A DNA stretch of 17,200 bases. Origin: Deltaproteobacteria bacterium. GTDB taxonomy: Bacteria > Myxococcota_A > UBA9160 > SMWR01. Of this stretch, positions 17,012-17,200 are shown in pieces. The translations under genes and the position numbers were made by a program. The notes under the pieces are model-generated. The model saw nothing but the letters and a program-made list of their open reading frames with translations, had not been told where the DNA came from and made no database searches. Each line of letters begins with the position of its first letter. Within the stretch, counting starts at the first letter, position 1. The stretch is taken from NCBI GenBank assembly GCA_032128375.1, contig JAQBGU010000248.1, positions 1-17,200 of the forward strand. The letters are read 5' to 3'.

Positions 17012-17200
17012 TGCGCATTTCAGTGATCGTGAACACCCAGATCGTTTGATCATGAACAGCCAGATCGGCCATCGTGAACGCCTCGATCGGGGATCGTGAA
17101 CGGGGCGGCGACGCTGGCTCTGTTTTCAGTCTCCCTTGGCCTGGACTTTCCTCCGTGACGGACCGTGTAGCACGATCCGGTGGGCGTTGTGGAGCAACCG
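17012..17200. mobile_element. Terminus of an IS21-family insertion sequence (rest outside window)
   Basis: Starts TGCGCATTTCAGTGATCGTGAAC. Tandem ~22-23 bp units with (G/C)ATC(G/A)TGAAC at 17025, 17048, 17070 and 17092. A 5'-TG end with multiple internal repeats is the IS21 hallmark. Confidence 0.75.

Noticed and set aside
17025..17101. CRISPR array
   Set aside because: The period is only 22-23 bp, the intervening bases are similar to each other rather than unique spacers, and no cas genes are present. It fits an IS21 end.

Overview
GC-rich bacterial window with three parts. The PEP-CTERM and Cys-type C-terminal anchor styles suggest a Myxococcota-like Gram-negative host, but this is inference. 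(1) 825-10788 is a compact 7-gene cluster. A polyprenyl diphosphate synthase, a geranylgeranyl-reductase-family flavoprotein fused to a degenerate prenyl-synthase-like domain, a MacB/FtsX-type permease and a 6-TM PilS-like histidine kinase form one tightly coupled minus-strand operon. A convergent ABC ATPase + LolA-like carrier pair lies to its left. A divergent NtrC-like response regulator lies to its right, and its AAA+ domain has lost GAFTGA and Walker B. The architecture suggests synthesis, export and sensing of an isoprenoid-derived molecule. The cluster is bracketed by two copies, identical over their 96 bp overlap, of a ~120 bp CTAG-flanked MITE-like element (1-96, truncated; 10828-10952). 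(2) 11345-17004 holds a coupled PEP-CTERM protein, an RHS/YD lipoprotein and a small membrane protein, followed by a TraB/GumN protein. The RHS protein's post-DPDG C-terminus ends in a Cys-TM-polyArg sorting-type signal. (3) 17012-17200 is the end of an IS21-family element. All calls come from reading motifs by eye; no database searches were run.
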